Counted from the stretch's first letter, positions 18,024 through 27,873 are shown. The stretch is 64,000 nt of DNA from an uncultured Alphaproteobacteria bacterium (GCA_947588275.1 CANPYJ010000003.1:959-64958); one strand, 5' to 3'. Notes: generated by a model not told the origin, from the sequence alone. A program made the numbers and translations.

Positions 18024-18797
18024 ATGAAAAAATTTTTGTTGTCTGCGGCTTTGCTGTTTGTTTTTCCGGCCTTGGCGCACGCTGTCGGCATGGCTCACGA
18101 ATTTGCCGTTGACATCGGCCCGTTTGCGGCGGCGGAAGCGTCCTTCTCCTACAATCTTCAATCAAATTCCTACGCCGTCAGTTCGCATGCCGAAACGGCC
18201 AATTTGTTTGACGCCTTATACCCTTTTCGGGCAGACTATCACGCGGCCGGCATCATAAAAAAAAGCGGCCTTGTTTCAACGTCTTATTCCTACAAGTCCC
18301 GTTCCCGTTTCAACACCCGCACCAAGCAAATCGTCTATTCTCCCGACGGCACGCCGCTTTACCGCCTAAGCGGCAAAAACGGCAAACAAAAGAAAGTTGA
18401 CATTGCCGACAATCCGAACTACGGCGGCACCACCGATTTGCAAACGGTTTTTGCCGAGCTTGCGGACATTTATCTCAAAACCGGCTCTTGCCGCGCCAAA
18501 ATGCAGGTTTTTGACGGCAAACGGCGCTTTGACGTCATTTTTGAAGACCTCGGCTCCGACACCCTGTCATCAATTGAGAACTCGCCTTATTTCGGCGCGG
18601 CACACAAATGCTCAATGTATATTGACAAACTGAATGAAGACGGTGACGATATGTTGTGGCAGCTCACCTCTGAAAAACCGATATATTTTTGGCTGATGAC
18701 CCAAAACAAACTGCCCTTTATCGCCCGCATCAGCATCGCCGAAACACCGCTTGGCGAGCTCACCGCTTATACCCGCCGCATTACTCCGAAGGATTAA
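18024..18797 (+). CDS. Periplasmic DUF3108-like protein
   Basis: Signal peptide MKKFLLSAALLFVFPALAHA. QVFDGKRRFDVIFEDLG resembles the DUF3108 core block. The family call is from memory only. Confidence 0.5.
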   Translation: MKKFLLSAALLFVFPALAHAVGMAHEFAVDIGPFAAAEASFSYNLQSNSYAVSSHAETANLFDALYPFRADYHAAGIIKKSGLVSTSYSYKSRSRFNTRTKQIVYSPDGTPLYRLSGKNGKQKKVDIADNPNYGGTTDLQTVFAELADIYLKTGSCRAKMQVFDGKRRFDVIFEDLGSDTLSSIENSPYFGAAHKCSMYIDKLNEDGDDMLWQLTSEKPIYFWLMTQNKLPFIARISIAETPLGELTAYTRRITPKD

Positions 18798-18800
18798 CCC

Positions 18801-20195
18801 ATGCTTGCACGCTCAGAACTTCTGCTTCCCGCCGGTTCGCTGGTCAAACTCAAAACCGCCGTTTTGTATGGGGCCGACGCCGTCTGCGCCGGCCTGCCGG
18901 ACATGAGTCTGCGCGCTCAAAGTCAGTTCAGTCTGTCTGACTTGGAAGACGGTTTGTCTTATGTCCGCGCCAAAGGCAAAAAAATTTATCTGACTCTCAA
19001 CTTGTTTATGCACAATCGCGACACGGCCAAACTTCCGGACTTTGTCAAAACCCTGCGCCGCCTGCATCCGGACGGCGTGCTGGTGGCTGATCCCGGAGTT
19101 TTTCAATATTTGCGCGACAATGCGCCGGAACTGAATCTCTTTGTTTCGACGCAGGCCAACATTTGCTCGGCGCAGGCCGTCAAATTTTGGCAGGCGCAGG
19201 GAGCCAGGCTATGTGTGCTGGGACGCGAGGTTTCTTTTGCCGAGATGCGGGAGATTCGCGCCGCCTGTCCCGATATTTTGCTTGAAAGTTTCATTCATGG
19301 CGCGATGTGCATGTCTTATTCCGGACGCTGCCTGATTTCCAACTACTTGGCCGACCGCAGCGCCAATCAGGGCAAATGCGCCCATTGCTGCCGCTGGCAC
19401 TACAAATTGCGCCTGCGTTTCAAAGACGGCACAATCAAAGACTTGGAGCTGAACGACGACAACAAAAACATGTTTGAGTTTTTGCTGGAAGAAGATTTTC
19501 GCCCCGGCGAATATTATGAACTGGCAGAAGACCCGCACGGCGGCTATTTTCTAAACTCCAAAGACTTGTGCCTGCTGCCGCGCCTGCCGGACATTTTGGC
19601 ATTGGGCATCGACTCGCTCAAAGTCGAGGGCCGCAACAAAACCGAATATTATGCCGCGGTTGTGGCGCGCGCCTACCGCAGCGCCATAGACGATTGGTAC
19701 AAAGCGCCCGAATCTTGGGATTATAAGCCTGCTTTGGCCGAGCTTTACACGCTGCAAAACCGCGGTTATTGCCTTGGTTTTCATGACGGGCGGCTGACCG
19801 CCCTTGAGCAAAATTACGACTACACGCGCACTTTGGGAGACTGGCTTTTTGCCGGCTCCATTGTCGAGTGGCAGGGAGACGACGCCATATTTGAACTGCG
19901 CAACTGCGTTGAAGCCGGCGAAACAATCGAATTTTTGCTTGCCCGAGGGCTTCAAACCCTCTCTCTCGCCCTTTCTCAATTTGAAGACGCCCAAAGCGGC
20001 GAAATCACAACCAAGGTTTCGGCCGGACAAGGCAAAAAAATCCGCCTGCGTCCGCAGGTTTGGCCTCTGCCTTTGGCCGAAGTCAAATCTATGCTCCCGC
20101 AATATACGGTGGCACGCAAACACGCGCCTTTGAGCGGCGAACCGCGGCGGCTTCTGGATGCCAAAAAAGCCGAATTTTCCAGGGCTCTGGCCTAA
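18801..20195 (+). CDS. Peptidase U32 family protein
   Basis: ELLLPAGS ... GADAV N-terminus and the U32 signature ESFIHGAMCMSYSGRCLIS. Confidence 0.85.
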   Translation: MLARSELLLPAGSLVKLKTAVLYGADAVCAGLPDMSLRAQSQFSLSDLEDGLSYVRAKGKKIYLTLNLFMHNRDTAKLPDFVKTLRRLHPDGVLVADPGVFQYLRDNAPELNLFVSTQANICSAQAVKFWQAQGARLCVLGREVSFAEMREIRAACPDILLESFIHGAMCMSYSGRCLISNYLADRSANQGKCAHCCRWHYKLRLRFKDGTIKDLELNDDNKNMFEFLLEEDFRPGEYYELAEDPHGGYFLNSKDLCLLPRLPDILALGIDSLKVEGRNKTEYYAAVVARAYRSAIDDWYKAPESWDYKPALAELYTLQNRGYCLGFHDGRLTALEQNYDYTRTLGDWLFAGSIVEWQGDDAIFELRNCVEAGETIEFLLARGLQTLSLALSQFEDAQSGEITTKVSAGQGKKIRLRPQVWPLPLAEVKSMLPQYTVARKHAPLSGEPRRLLDAKKAEFSRALA

Positions 20196-20666
20196 AACTT
20201 CGCATTCAATCCTCCAATCTTAACTTTTTGTTAATTTCTGTCAAAAATTTTGCTTAAGCCGTTCTTTTTTTGTTGCGCGGTTCGGTAAAATATGATATAA
20301 ATATAATTGTAACAATATTATCTTTGGATGTCATTTTTATTATAATTAAAAATTTTTGCTTTTCATAGTGCTCTTTAGACTAACGTGTCTAATAAGTCTT
20401 TGAATTGAATTGATTTTAGTTTTAGTAAAGAGGAATGCCAAAGATTTTTCTAACGTGAAAAATTAAATAAAATAATAACAGAAACTCCTGCAACCGAATG
20501 GAATATTTAACCCGAATCTTATATAATCCAGAGCAATAGCGGCTCACAAAGGCGAAGAACAGTAACCTTTGACGGATATGCGGATTTGGCGGCGATGTTT
20601 TGTTTGGATGGAGCTACTTAAAGTGGGAAGATGTCTTTGATATTCATGCCCACAAACTAAATTTCT

Positions 20667-22235
20667 ATGGTACGCTTAAATGTTTTCGTTGCTATGTTAA
20701 TGTCTGTCGTTCTTTTGGCAACTTCTTGCTCGAAAGACGATGAATTCGTTAATCTGTCCGCCAACGGATATGTTAACGAATATGGTCAGGATCCTGAAGA
20801 TCCTAGTTATTCTTTTTTTACGGAGCATGTTGACGTTGTTGCTGCAGATACACTGTGGGATAACCACAATGCTTGGGTGGTCGACAACCTCAGCCAAGAA
20901 GCTTCGGCAAAACAAGAATACAGTGCCAAATATGCAGCGAAATACGATTCTATCGTTGCTGTAGATTTTGGCGCTGTAAAAACCCTCGAAAATCTCACGA
21001 TAGCTTATAAGAATGGCTACTTCGATGTCAATGGCAACACTATTACGGCATCGTTGGAAATGGTCAAAGCTCCTGAAGAAGTCTATTTTAGCCTTAACGG
21101 GAAAACTTACAGCTATCCGAAAGATTTGAAAATTTGCCAGCCGACGATTACTCGTCTGGAGACCGGCAAAGCAAACGGCGACAAACTCAATGGTAACATT
21201 GTAGTTGTTGTCGATGGTGAAGAATACAGCCTGTCTGTTGAATTCATCATTGATGAGGGTGCAGAGCCGCAGGAGCCGGAACATAACTACGGTTATGAGT
21301 GGGACGACCACGCAACGCTGACGGGTGAAAATGAAGCTAGTGTTAACATTTATCCTACTGTGGATGGTGAACGCACTGGAGACGTTGAAAGCCTGAAAGC
21401 AAACGTATCTTTCACATTAAAAGCCGGCGCCGAAATTGTTAAAGAGTCAAAGGAAACTTTAACTCTTTATAACACAACGGCAAACCTCACTTCGACGAGC
21501 GCATCGTTCAAATATCAATTAGGAGGAGAATCCTTCTCTGATAATTGGACGGTAAATACGCCTGCCGAAGTTACCTTCGTTCTTCCGAACGATGAAACGA
21601 TTAGTCTTCCTTTGAAGGCTAATTATGAAGTTCGTTCAGAAGGACTTAGCCGCAACGGTGAAGTTTACAGCAACAACGCTTCGTTGTACGCTGACAACTT
21701 CAAAGTTGATTCTGACGTGCAGATTATAAGAATCAGCACTCCGGAACCGGAAGAACCGACCTACAAAGGCTACAAAGTAGCTTATGCAGATCAGTGGGCT
21801 ATCACCAGAATTTTCAATCAGGCAGGCAACGCCTCTTTGGTTGTTTTGGTAGGTGCTCTGGAGAACATTGAGAATGGTGACATAGTTGCCGTTCACTATG
21901 TTCTGGAAGGTTCCAGCAACCAACTTCCGGATCAACTTGAAAAAGTTGGCAAACCGGCTGACGGTAGTCTGCCGTTCAGTATGCGTTTCAATTCCGCAGC
22001 AAATCGCTGGGAGTATGGAATGCAGATGGGAACCAACCGCGATGTGAAACAGTCTACTCAGTTCGCTTATTGGAACTGGAGCAAGACTGCAACACAGTTG
22101 ATGTCCAACACCACCGTAACCGACTTGCTCGGCGAAGGTATCGTGTGGTACAACGACGGTCGTGTAGCCCAAAACGGCAAATTGTCTTTCTCATACAAGG
22201 GACAGACCATCGTTATCGTTGACGACGTTAAATAA
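20667..22235 (+). CDS. Surface-type lipoprotein, function unknown (Bacteroidota-like signal/lipobox)
   Basis: Signal peptide ending LLATSC followed by SKDDEF. No SD upstream. GC is lower than the neighbours (about 43% versus about 50% in 60-nt samples I counted). I recognise no family. Confidence 0.55.
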   Translation: MVRLNVFVAMLMSVVLLATSCSKDDEFVNLSANGYVNEYGQDPEDPSYSFFTEHVDVVAADTLWDNHNAWVVDNLSQEASAKQEYSAKYAAKYDSIVAVDFGAVKTLENLTIAYKNGYFDVNGNTITASLEMVKAPEEVYFSLNGKTYSYPKDLKICQPTITRLETGKANGDKLNGNIVVVVDGEEYSLSVEFIIDEGAEPQEPEHNYGYEWDDHATLTGENEASVNIYPTVDGERTGDVESLKANVSFTLKAGAEIVKESKETLTLYNTTANLTSTSASFKYQLGGESFSDNWTVNTPAEVTFVLPNDETISLPLKANYEVRSEGLSRNGEVYSNNASLYADNFKVDSDVQIIRISTPEPEEPTYKGYKVAYADQWAITRIFNQAGNASLVVLVGALENIENGDIVAVHYVLEGSSNQLPDQLEKVGKPADGSLPFSMRFNSAANRWEYGMQMGTNRDVKQSTQFAYWNWSKTATQLMSNTTVTDLLGEGIVWYNDGRVAQNGKLSFSYKGQTIVIVDDVK

Positions 22236-22357
22236 TCCAGCGAAATAAAAAATTTAAAATCAATCAATTTCAATAGACTTAAAACCCCTATTACATGGAT
22301 AGGGTCTCCGTCGAGTCTCCCAGCGTTTGGGTTCTTAGACGGAGAAAATTCAACATT

Positions 22358-23044
22358 ATGAAAAATTTAAAAAATACTTTAGCAGTGATCGCATTAACAA
22401 TAGTTTCTATAGTAGCTAACGCTCAAGATGGCAAAGCCGTCTTAATGAATGGTAATCATCATTTCTTTGGCGCTGTCAAAGGAGGAGTGATTTCGTTCAG
22501 CGAAAGCACCATGGGCGAAGCCGGAATAGAAGCTGGTTGGACGCTTGGTCGTTGGCAACTGGGTGCTGAATATGGGCATACTTTTGGCAAGGACGAAGAA
22601 GACAGATCACACGCCGGGTTATTCGGACGTTTCAGCTTGGTGGGCAACCCCAACGCAAAAGTACGTCCGTATGTAGGTCTTGGCGCAGGTATGGGTTCTC
22701 AACCTCGTTATTCGTACTACGGAACCGCCATTGACGGTAAGGGTACAAATTACGATGTAAACGTTGACATGGTCACGTTTGCAAAAGATTACAACTGGAA
22801 TTTCCAGTGTAATCTTGGAGTTAAGTTGGACTTCATTATCAGCCGGACCGTTACGTTGGCAGCATATGCCAATGTAATATATAACCCAAATGAAGGCGAT
22901 CTGAAGGAGATTGCCGCCACTTCGTCGAACATGGACCTTCCGCAAGGATGGGAAATTTCAACGAAAACCGACCTTGAACAAATCAGCCTTGACGCTGACA
23001 AGATCGGTTTCAATGCCGGAGTAACAATCTCATTCAGATTCTGA
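22358..23044 (+). CDS. Outer-membrane beta-barrel protein (OMP_b-brl / porin family)
   Basis: Signal peptide MKNLKNTLAVIALTIVSIVANAQ, alternating strands, PYVGLGAGMG block, C-terminal GVTISFRF. No SD. Confidence 0.65.
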   Translation: MKNLKNTLAVIALTIVSIVANAQDGKAVLMNGNHHFFGAVKGGVISFSESTMGEAGIEAGWTLGRWQLGAEYGHTFGKDEEDRSHAGLFGRFSLVGNPNAKVRPYVGLGAGMGSQPRYSYYGTAIDGKGTNYDVNVDMVTFAKDYNWNFQCNLGVKLDFIISRTVTLAAYANVIYNPNEGDLKEIAATSSNMDLPQGWEISTKTDLEQISLDADKIGFNAGVTISFRF

Positions 23045-23051
23045 ATATTTG

Positions 23052-23096
23052 AAAAGCGCTTTAAACCTTCGGGTTTTTGGCGCTTTTCTTTTTTTT
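23052..23096. terminator. Bidirectional nested hairpin terminator
   Basis: AAAAGCGC...GCGCTTTT outer stem with an inner AAACC-TTCG-GGTTT, followed by a T-run. Lies between convergent genes. Confidence 0.7.
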
Positions 23097-23105
23097 AATT
23101 CTCAC

Positions 23106-23789
23106 TCAAAACAATCCGCGCAAAAACGAAACCAGATAGTCGAAATTGCGTGCGTTCAGATACGATACGACATCCTGATACCGCCACACGCCGCGCCAGC
23201 CTTCGGTATTGAACGCCAACATCGAGCCGACGGCCCACAAGTTGGCACCGGGCAGAAACATTGCGCAAAACTTGTACGAAACCTTGGGCAAATCCGTTTG
23301 TTTTTCATGAATTTGCGAGCCTACGGTATCCATATGATACCCGATAAAATACCCCATACACCCGTTCAAAATCAGATTCATCGGCGCAAACAGCGTATAA
23401 ATGGAAATGCCAATCATACACACCATCCCAAACAACGGAAAGAAATACGGCGCAATCACAATCAACCAGTTTCCCTTGCCCTCAAACGCCATCTCTCCGC
23501 CGCTGTTGTCGGCCTCAATTCTCATTCCCTTAACCTTATGCAGCGTCAACAGCGCAAAAAACGCGTGCGTCATCTCGTGCGCCGCAATTTCCATAATGGT
23601 TTTGACCGCAGAATCCATCATGCCGCGCGCAATAAAAAACAAGAAAAAGCCGCCCAACAACGCCACATAGGGCAACTTGAAAAACTGAAAATACGAAAGC
23701 GACTGCACATAGGCAGGCAAACTCAGCAGCGAATAAACCGCCGCCGGCCATTTCAAAAGTTCTATCAGTCGGTCAATCAGTTCTCTCAT
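23106..23789 (-). CDS. Polytopic membrane protein with an HExxH motif (M50B-like putative metalloprotease)
   Basis: AAHEMTHAFFALLT within a TM region, about 6 TM segments in total. ATG at 23789 follows a GAGG SD; the track start is an upstream GTG. Confidence 0.5.
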   Translation of the reverse strand: MRELIDRLIELLKWPAAVYSLLSLPAYVQSLSYFQFFKLPYVALLGGFFLFFIARGMMDSAVKTIMEIAAHEMTHAFFALLTLHKVKGMRIEADNSGGEMAFEGKGNWLIVIAPYFFPLFGMVCMIGISIYTLFAPMNLILNGCMGYFIGYHMDTVGSQIHEKQTDLPKVSYKFCAMFLPGANLWAVGSMLAFNTEGWRGVWRYQDVVSYLNARNFDYLVSFLRGLF

Positions 23790-23922
23790 CTCCAACCTCT
23801 GTGCAACTATATCAAATCCAAAAAATTTTTCACACCTTTTCTGCACGATATTAACACTTCTTCAACCCTTCTTGACTTATTCTAAAGACTAATTTATATG
23901 TAAAAGAAACAAGGATGCTGCT

Positions 23923-24222
23923 ATGGCTGCTGAAGAATTTGAAACTTATGATTTTCTGATTAACGATGAAGACGAGACTATGCTCTTGCTTTATGTGCGC
24001 GAGGGCGAGCCGCAAAATGCAACCATCACCCTGAATCCGGATGAAAAATCCGCCGTTTTGCACCGCCGCGAAGGAGACGATGTTTCCTTGGACGGCATTC
24101 CCGACGATGTGTTTGACAGCTTGGCCGAGGCCGACAAACTGCTGGTTTGCGAACTCAGCATTGAAAAAGACGAAAAAGATACCCGCATTGTCTATGCCTA
24201 TGAGGCCGACATCAACGATTGA
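23923..24222 (+). CDS. Small acidic hypothetical protein (99 aa)
   Basis: AAGGAT SD, ORF followed by a hairpin terminator. D/E-rich with no recognisable family. Confidence 0.45.
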   Translation: MAAEEFETYDFLINDEDETMLLLYVREGEPQNATITLNPDEKSAVLHRREGDDVSLDGIPDDVFDSLAEADKLLVCELSIEKDEKDTRIVYAYEADIND

Positions 24223-24242
24223 CAGGTTTCATTATCCTGCAG

Positions 24243-24265
24243 CCGGAGCCATGCTCCGGTTTTTT
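24243..24265 (+). terminator. Rho-independent terminator
   Basis: CCGGAGC-CAT-GCTCCGG followed by TTTTTT. Confidence 0.7.
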
Positions 24266-24300
24266 GTTGTCCGTTTTGCGCGACGCATGTCAAAAAATTC

Positions 24301-24329
24301 TTGTGAAATAATAAAAAATACCCTATATA
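24301..24329 (+). promoter_or_regulatory. Candidate promoter for yajC-secDF
   Basis: TTGTGA, 17 nt spacer, TATATA. Confidence 0.4.
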
Positions 24330-24380
24330 AGCAATAAAACTTGTTCTATAGTAGGTTTGTTTTATTTAGAGGAGAAGTCA

Positions 24381-24752
24381 ATGTTTATCAATCCCGCTTT
24401 TGCTGACACCGGCGCTGTCGTGACCGGAACTTCCGGCACCGGCATGGTGCTTCAGCTGGTCTTGATTCTGCTGGTTTTTTATTTGTTTCTTATTCGTCCG
24501 CAACAGAAAAAACTCAAACAGCACGAACAGCTTTTGCAGTCCATTAAAAAAGGAGACAAAATCGTCACCGGCGGCGGCATCATTGCCAAAGTTACCAACG
24601 CCTCCGATCCTTTTGAACTCACGGCCGAGATTGCCCCCGGCGTTGAAGTTCGCCTCTATCGGGCAACCGTGCGCGATTTGGTGATAGAAGACAAAGCGCC
24701 TCAAAAACCGGCCAACACCAATCAAAAACCTTCCAAAAAGTCCAAAAAATAG
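24381..24752 (+). CDS. yajC: Preprotein translocase subunit YajC
   Basis: LVLILLVFYLFLIRPQQKKLKQH ... KKGDKIVTGGGIIAKV. AGAGGAGAAG SD lies before the ATG at 24381. Sits upstream of secDF. Confidence 0.85.
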   Translation: MFINPAFADTGAVVTGTSGTGMVLQLVLILLVFYLFLIRPQQKKLKQHEQLLQSIKKGDKIVTGGGIIAKVTNASDPFELTAEIAPGVEVRLYRATVRDLVIEDKAPQKPANTNQKPSKKSKK

Positions 24753-24763
24753 CGAGAGCCGAT

Positions 24764-26308
24764 ATGTACAAACTTTCAAAATCCCGCATCTTAATCATTT
24801 TGGCCATTTGCGTGCTTGGCATTTTTTTTGCCATACCCAATGTGGTCAGCAACAAAGCCGCGCTTCCTTCGTGGTGGCAGCCGGTCAACCTCGGGCTTGA
24901 CCTGCAAGGCGGCTCAAACCTTTTGCTTGAAGTCAAAATCGACGAAGTCATCAAAGAACGCATGTCCTCTATTGAAGACTCGGTGCGTCAGCTTCTGCGT
25001 GAAAACAAAATCCGCTATCAAAACCTTTCGCTCGGCGCCGATTCGGTTCGCGTCAAGATAGAAAACGCCAATGCCCGCAGCAAAGCCGCCGGTCTGTTCC
25101 GCCGCATCGACAACGGAATTGAGGTTTTGGACGAACCGGATGACACCTTGGTTGTCAAATACTCGGACGTGGAGCTCAACAAAATCCGCCTGCGCGTGGT
25201 TGATCAGTCAATAGAAATCGTCCGTCGCCGCATTGACGAACTCGGCACCAAAGAGCCCGTGATTCAGAGCCAGGGCAGCGACCGCATCGTCGTTCAGCTG
25301 CCGGGGTTGCAAAATCCCGAATATGTCAAAACGCTGCTTGGCAAGACCGCCAAGATGTCTTTTCATATGGTTGACAGCCGCTCCTCGGCCGCCGATGCCC
25401 GTCGCGGCAAATTGGCGTCCAACTCGCGCTTGGTTCAAGGCAGCATGGGCGAAACTTACGTTATCAACCGCAAACCTGTGGTCGGCGGCGAAAATCTGGT
25501 GGACGCTCAGCCCTCTTTCCAAGACGGCAATCCGGTTGTAAGCTTCCGCTTCAACTCGGTTGGCGGCAAGAAGTTTGGCGAAGCGACCAAAAACAACGTC
25601 GGCGAACGTTTGGCCATTGTGCTTGATGACGAGGTTATCTCGGCGCCCACCATTCAAACCGCCATTTTGGGCGGCAACGGCGTCATTACCGGCAGTTTTA
25701 CGGTCAAAGAGGCCAATGATTTGGCCTTGTTGCTGCGTTCCGGCGCTCTGCCTGCTCCGCTTGAAGTGTTGGAAGAACGCACCGTCGGTGCCGGACTTGG
25801 CGCCGATTCGATTCGTGACGGCGTCATCGCTTCCATCATCGGCCTGATTGCGGTTGTGCTGTTTATGGTCGCCGCCTATGGTCTGTTTGGCGTATTTACG
25901 GTTGTCGCCGTGTTTACCAACTTGTTTTTGATGCTCGGCGCACTGAGTTTTATGGGTGCCACGCTCACCCTGCCCGGCATCGCCGGTATCATCCTCACCA
26001 TCGGCATGGCGGTTGATGCCAACGTCCTGATTTTTGAGCGCATGCGAGAAGAAGTCAAGGCCGGCCGTTCTACCCGCGATGCTGCCGAAGCCGGATTTAC
26101 CGAGGCTTGGACAACGATTGTCGACTCCAACTTAACCACACTGGTTGCCGCCTTGGTGCTGTTTTACTTCGGCACCGGACCGGTACGCGGCTTTGCGGTC
26201 ACGCTGGCAGTCGGTATTGCCACTTCGGTCTTTACGTCGGTCACGGTAACGCGGCTTATGATTACGGCTTGGCTTAATCGCTACAAACCTACCAAACTGC
26301 CGATTTAG
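24764..26308 (+). CDS. secD: Protein translocase subunit SecD
   Basis: N-terminal TM, large periplasmic domain, and a C-terminal 5-TM block (TLPGIAGIILTIGMAVDANVLIFERMREE). Confidence 0.92.
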   Translation: MYKLSKSRILIILAICVLGIFFAIPNVVSNKAALPSWWQPVNLGLDLQGGSNLLLEVKIDEVIKERMSSIEDSVRQLLRENKIRYQNLSLGADSVRVKIENANARSKAAGLFRRIDNGIEVLDEPDDTLVVKYSDVELNKIRLRVVDQSIEIVRRRIDELGTKEPVIQSQGSDRIVVQLPGLQNPEYVKTLLGKTAKMSFHMVDSRSSAADARRGKLASNSRLVQGSMGETYVINRKPVVGGENLVDAQPSFQDGNPVVSFRFNSVGGKKFGEATKNNVGERLAIVLDDEVISAPTIQTAILGGNGVITGSFTVKEANDLALLLRSGALPAPLEVLEERTVGAGLGADSIRDGVIASIIGLIAVVLFMVAAYGLFGVFTVVAVFTNLFLMLGALSFMGATLTLPGIAGIILTIGMAVDANVLIFERMREEVKAGRSTRDAAEAGFTEAWTTIVDSNLTTLVAALVLFYFGTGPVRGFAVTLAVGIATSVFTSVTVTRLMITAWLNRYKPTKLPI

Positions 26309-26323
26309 AATAAGGATAGACTC

Positions 26324-27262
26324 ATGATAAGAATATTTAACTGGATTACCAAAGACACTTCTATCGACTTCCTGAAAGGACGCAAATTTACTTATGCTTT
26401 GTCGGGAATTTTGGTAGCGCTCTCGTTTGTCAGCATGGCCCTCAAAGGTTTCAACTATGGCATTGATTTTTCGGGTGGCATTTTAATTGAGCTTAAAAGC
26501 CCCGAAAAAATCGATGTCGAGCTATTGCGCAAACAATTGTCCGAAACCAACCTTGACGAAATAAATCTTCAAAGCATCGGCGAAACCGGTGATGAAGTCG
26601 TGCTGCGCACACAAGCCAAAAACATGAACGAAAAAGAGCAAATGGCAGCCGTCAACAGCATCAAGTCCGCTTTGGGCAACTCATACGAATACCGCCGGAT
26701 TGAGCTTGTCGGGCCGCAAGTCGGCGACGAACTCAAAAAAGCCGGTGTCGTTGCCTCGATTATTTCGGTATTGGCCATTTCGGCTTACATCTGGTTTCGC
26801 TTTGAATGGCAGTTTGCCTTGGGCGCGATGATAGGTCTGGCTCACGACGTCATCGTCACCGTCGGCCTGTTGTCGTTTTTCGGTCTGGACTTCAGCCTGA
26901 CCACCGTGGCGGCAATTCTTACTCTGGCCGGCTACTCGGTCAATGACACCGTGGTTACTTATGACCGCATTCGCGAAAACCTGCGCAAATACAAAAAAAT
27001 GCCGCAATACGACTTGCTCAACAAAAGCATCAACGACATTTTCTCGCGCACCATTTTGACCGGTTTCACCACCATGATGGCCGCCGCCGCATTGTTCATC
27101 TGGGGCGGTGACGCGCTGCGCAGTTTCTCGTTTGTGATTTTGTTCGGCATTATCATCGGCACCTATTCTTCAATTTATGTGTCGGCGGTATTTCTAAACC
27201 TCTTTAACTTGCGCGCCGCCCAAGACGAAAAGGTATTGAACCCGTTCGGCAATGTCGACTGA
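26324..27262 (+). CDS. secF: Protein translocase subunit SecF
   Basis: GIDFSGG block and GYSVNDTVVTYDRIREN. Follows secD. Confidence 0.92.
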   Translation: MIRIFNWITKDTSIDFLKGRKFTYALSGILVALSFVSMALKGFNYGIDFSGGILIELKSPEKIDVELLRKQLSETNLDEINLQSIGETGDEVVLRTQAKNMNEKEQMAAVNSIKSALGNSYEYRRIELVGPQVGDELKKAGVVASIISVLAISAYIWFRFEWQFALGAMIGLAHDVIVTVGLLSFFGLDFSLTTVAAILTLAGYSVNDTVVTYDRIRENLRKYKKMPQYDLLNKSINDIFSRTILTGFTTMMAAAALFIWGGDALRSFSFVILFGIIIGTYSSIYVSAVFLNLFNLRAAQDEKVLNPFGNVD

Positions 27263-27280
27263 CGCGAATTGCAACGACAA

Positions 27281-27308
27281 AGTCCCCTGAAATCAGGGGA
27301 CTTTTTTG
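27281..27308 (+). terminator. Rho-independent terminator after secF
   Basis: AGTCCCCTGA / TCAGGGGACT 10-bp stem followed by TTTTTT. Confidence 0.8.
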
Positions 27309-27408
27309 AGTTTTTTATTGTCTGAAGTTTCTGCTTGCAATTTTCGATTTTTTTTGTATAATTGTCTAAATTTTTATTTTTAAGACTATTACTAATCAAA
27401 TTATAATT

Positions 27409-27834
27409 ATGAAAGCAAAAAACTTTTTTTGGGAAGGACTGTTTATTGTCCTGATTGTCGTTGCAGGCTTTGCCGCTTCTTGGAAATTATCGCTCGGTTG
27501 TCTGTTGGCAATAGTTGTTTTTCTTCTGGGCAACTGCAAAAAAACTAATCTTTTGTGCAGCCTTGGAATATTGTTTGTCGGTAGCTATTACGTTATCTGG
27601 GCTGCCGGATGTTTGTCCTTGTACTGCGGTCTTGGGAAACTGTTTTCGATCAAAAGTTGTTTTTCGCCGCTTGTCCTTTTATTCGGAACACTGTTTTTCT
27701 CTCTTATTATCAGCATAATGCTGTTAATCGACCTTAGGTCTGAGAAAAACCGAGAAAGCCCGAAAAACTTGGAAGACTTGGAAAACCTGGAAGAAACCCG
27801 GGAAGACTTAGAAAAAACAGAAAACCAAGATTAA
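27409..27834 (+). CDS. Hypothetical 4-TM membrane protein with an acidic repetitive tail
   Basis: Hydrophobic segments followed by ESPKNLEDLENLEETREDLEKTENQD. Terminator downstream. No family recognised. Confidence 0.45.
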   Translation: MKAKNFFWEGLFIVLIVVAGFAASWKLSLGCLLAIVVFLLGNCKKTNLLCSLGILFVGSYYVIWAAGCLSLYCGLGKLFSIKSCFSPLVLLFGTLFFSLIISIMLLIDLRSEKNRESPKNLEDLENLEETREDLEKTENQD

Positions 27835-27840
27835 ACAGCA

Positions 27841-27873
27841 AAACGCCTTCTGAAAATTCAGAAGGCGTTTTTG
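27841..27873. terminator. Bidirectional terminator (13-bp stem)
   Basis: AAACGCCTTCTGA / TCAGAAGGCGTTT followed by a T-run. Lies between convergent genes. Confidence 0.8.

Noticed and set aside
23049-23885. 278-aa plus-strand ORF.
   Set aside because: It is antisense to the HExxH membrane protein. The product is basic and low-complexity, whereas the minus frame encodes coherent TM helices.
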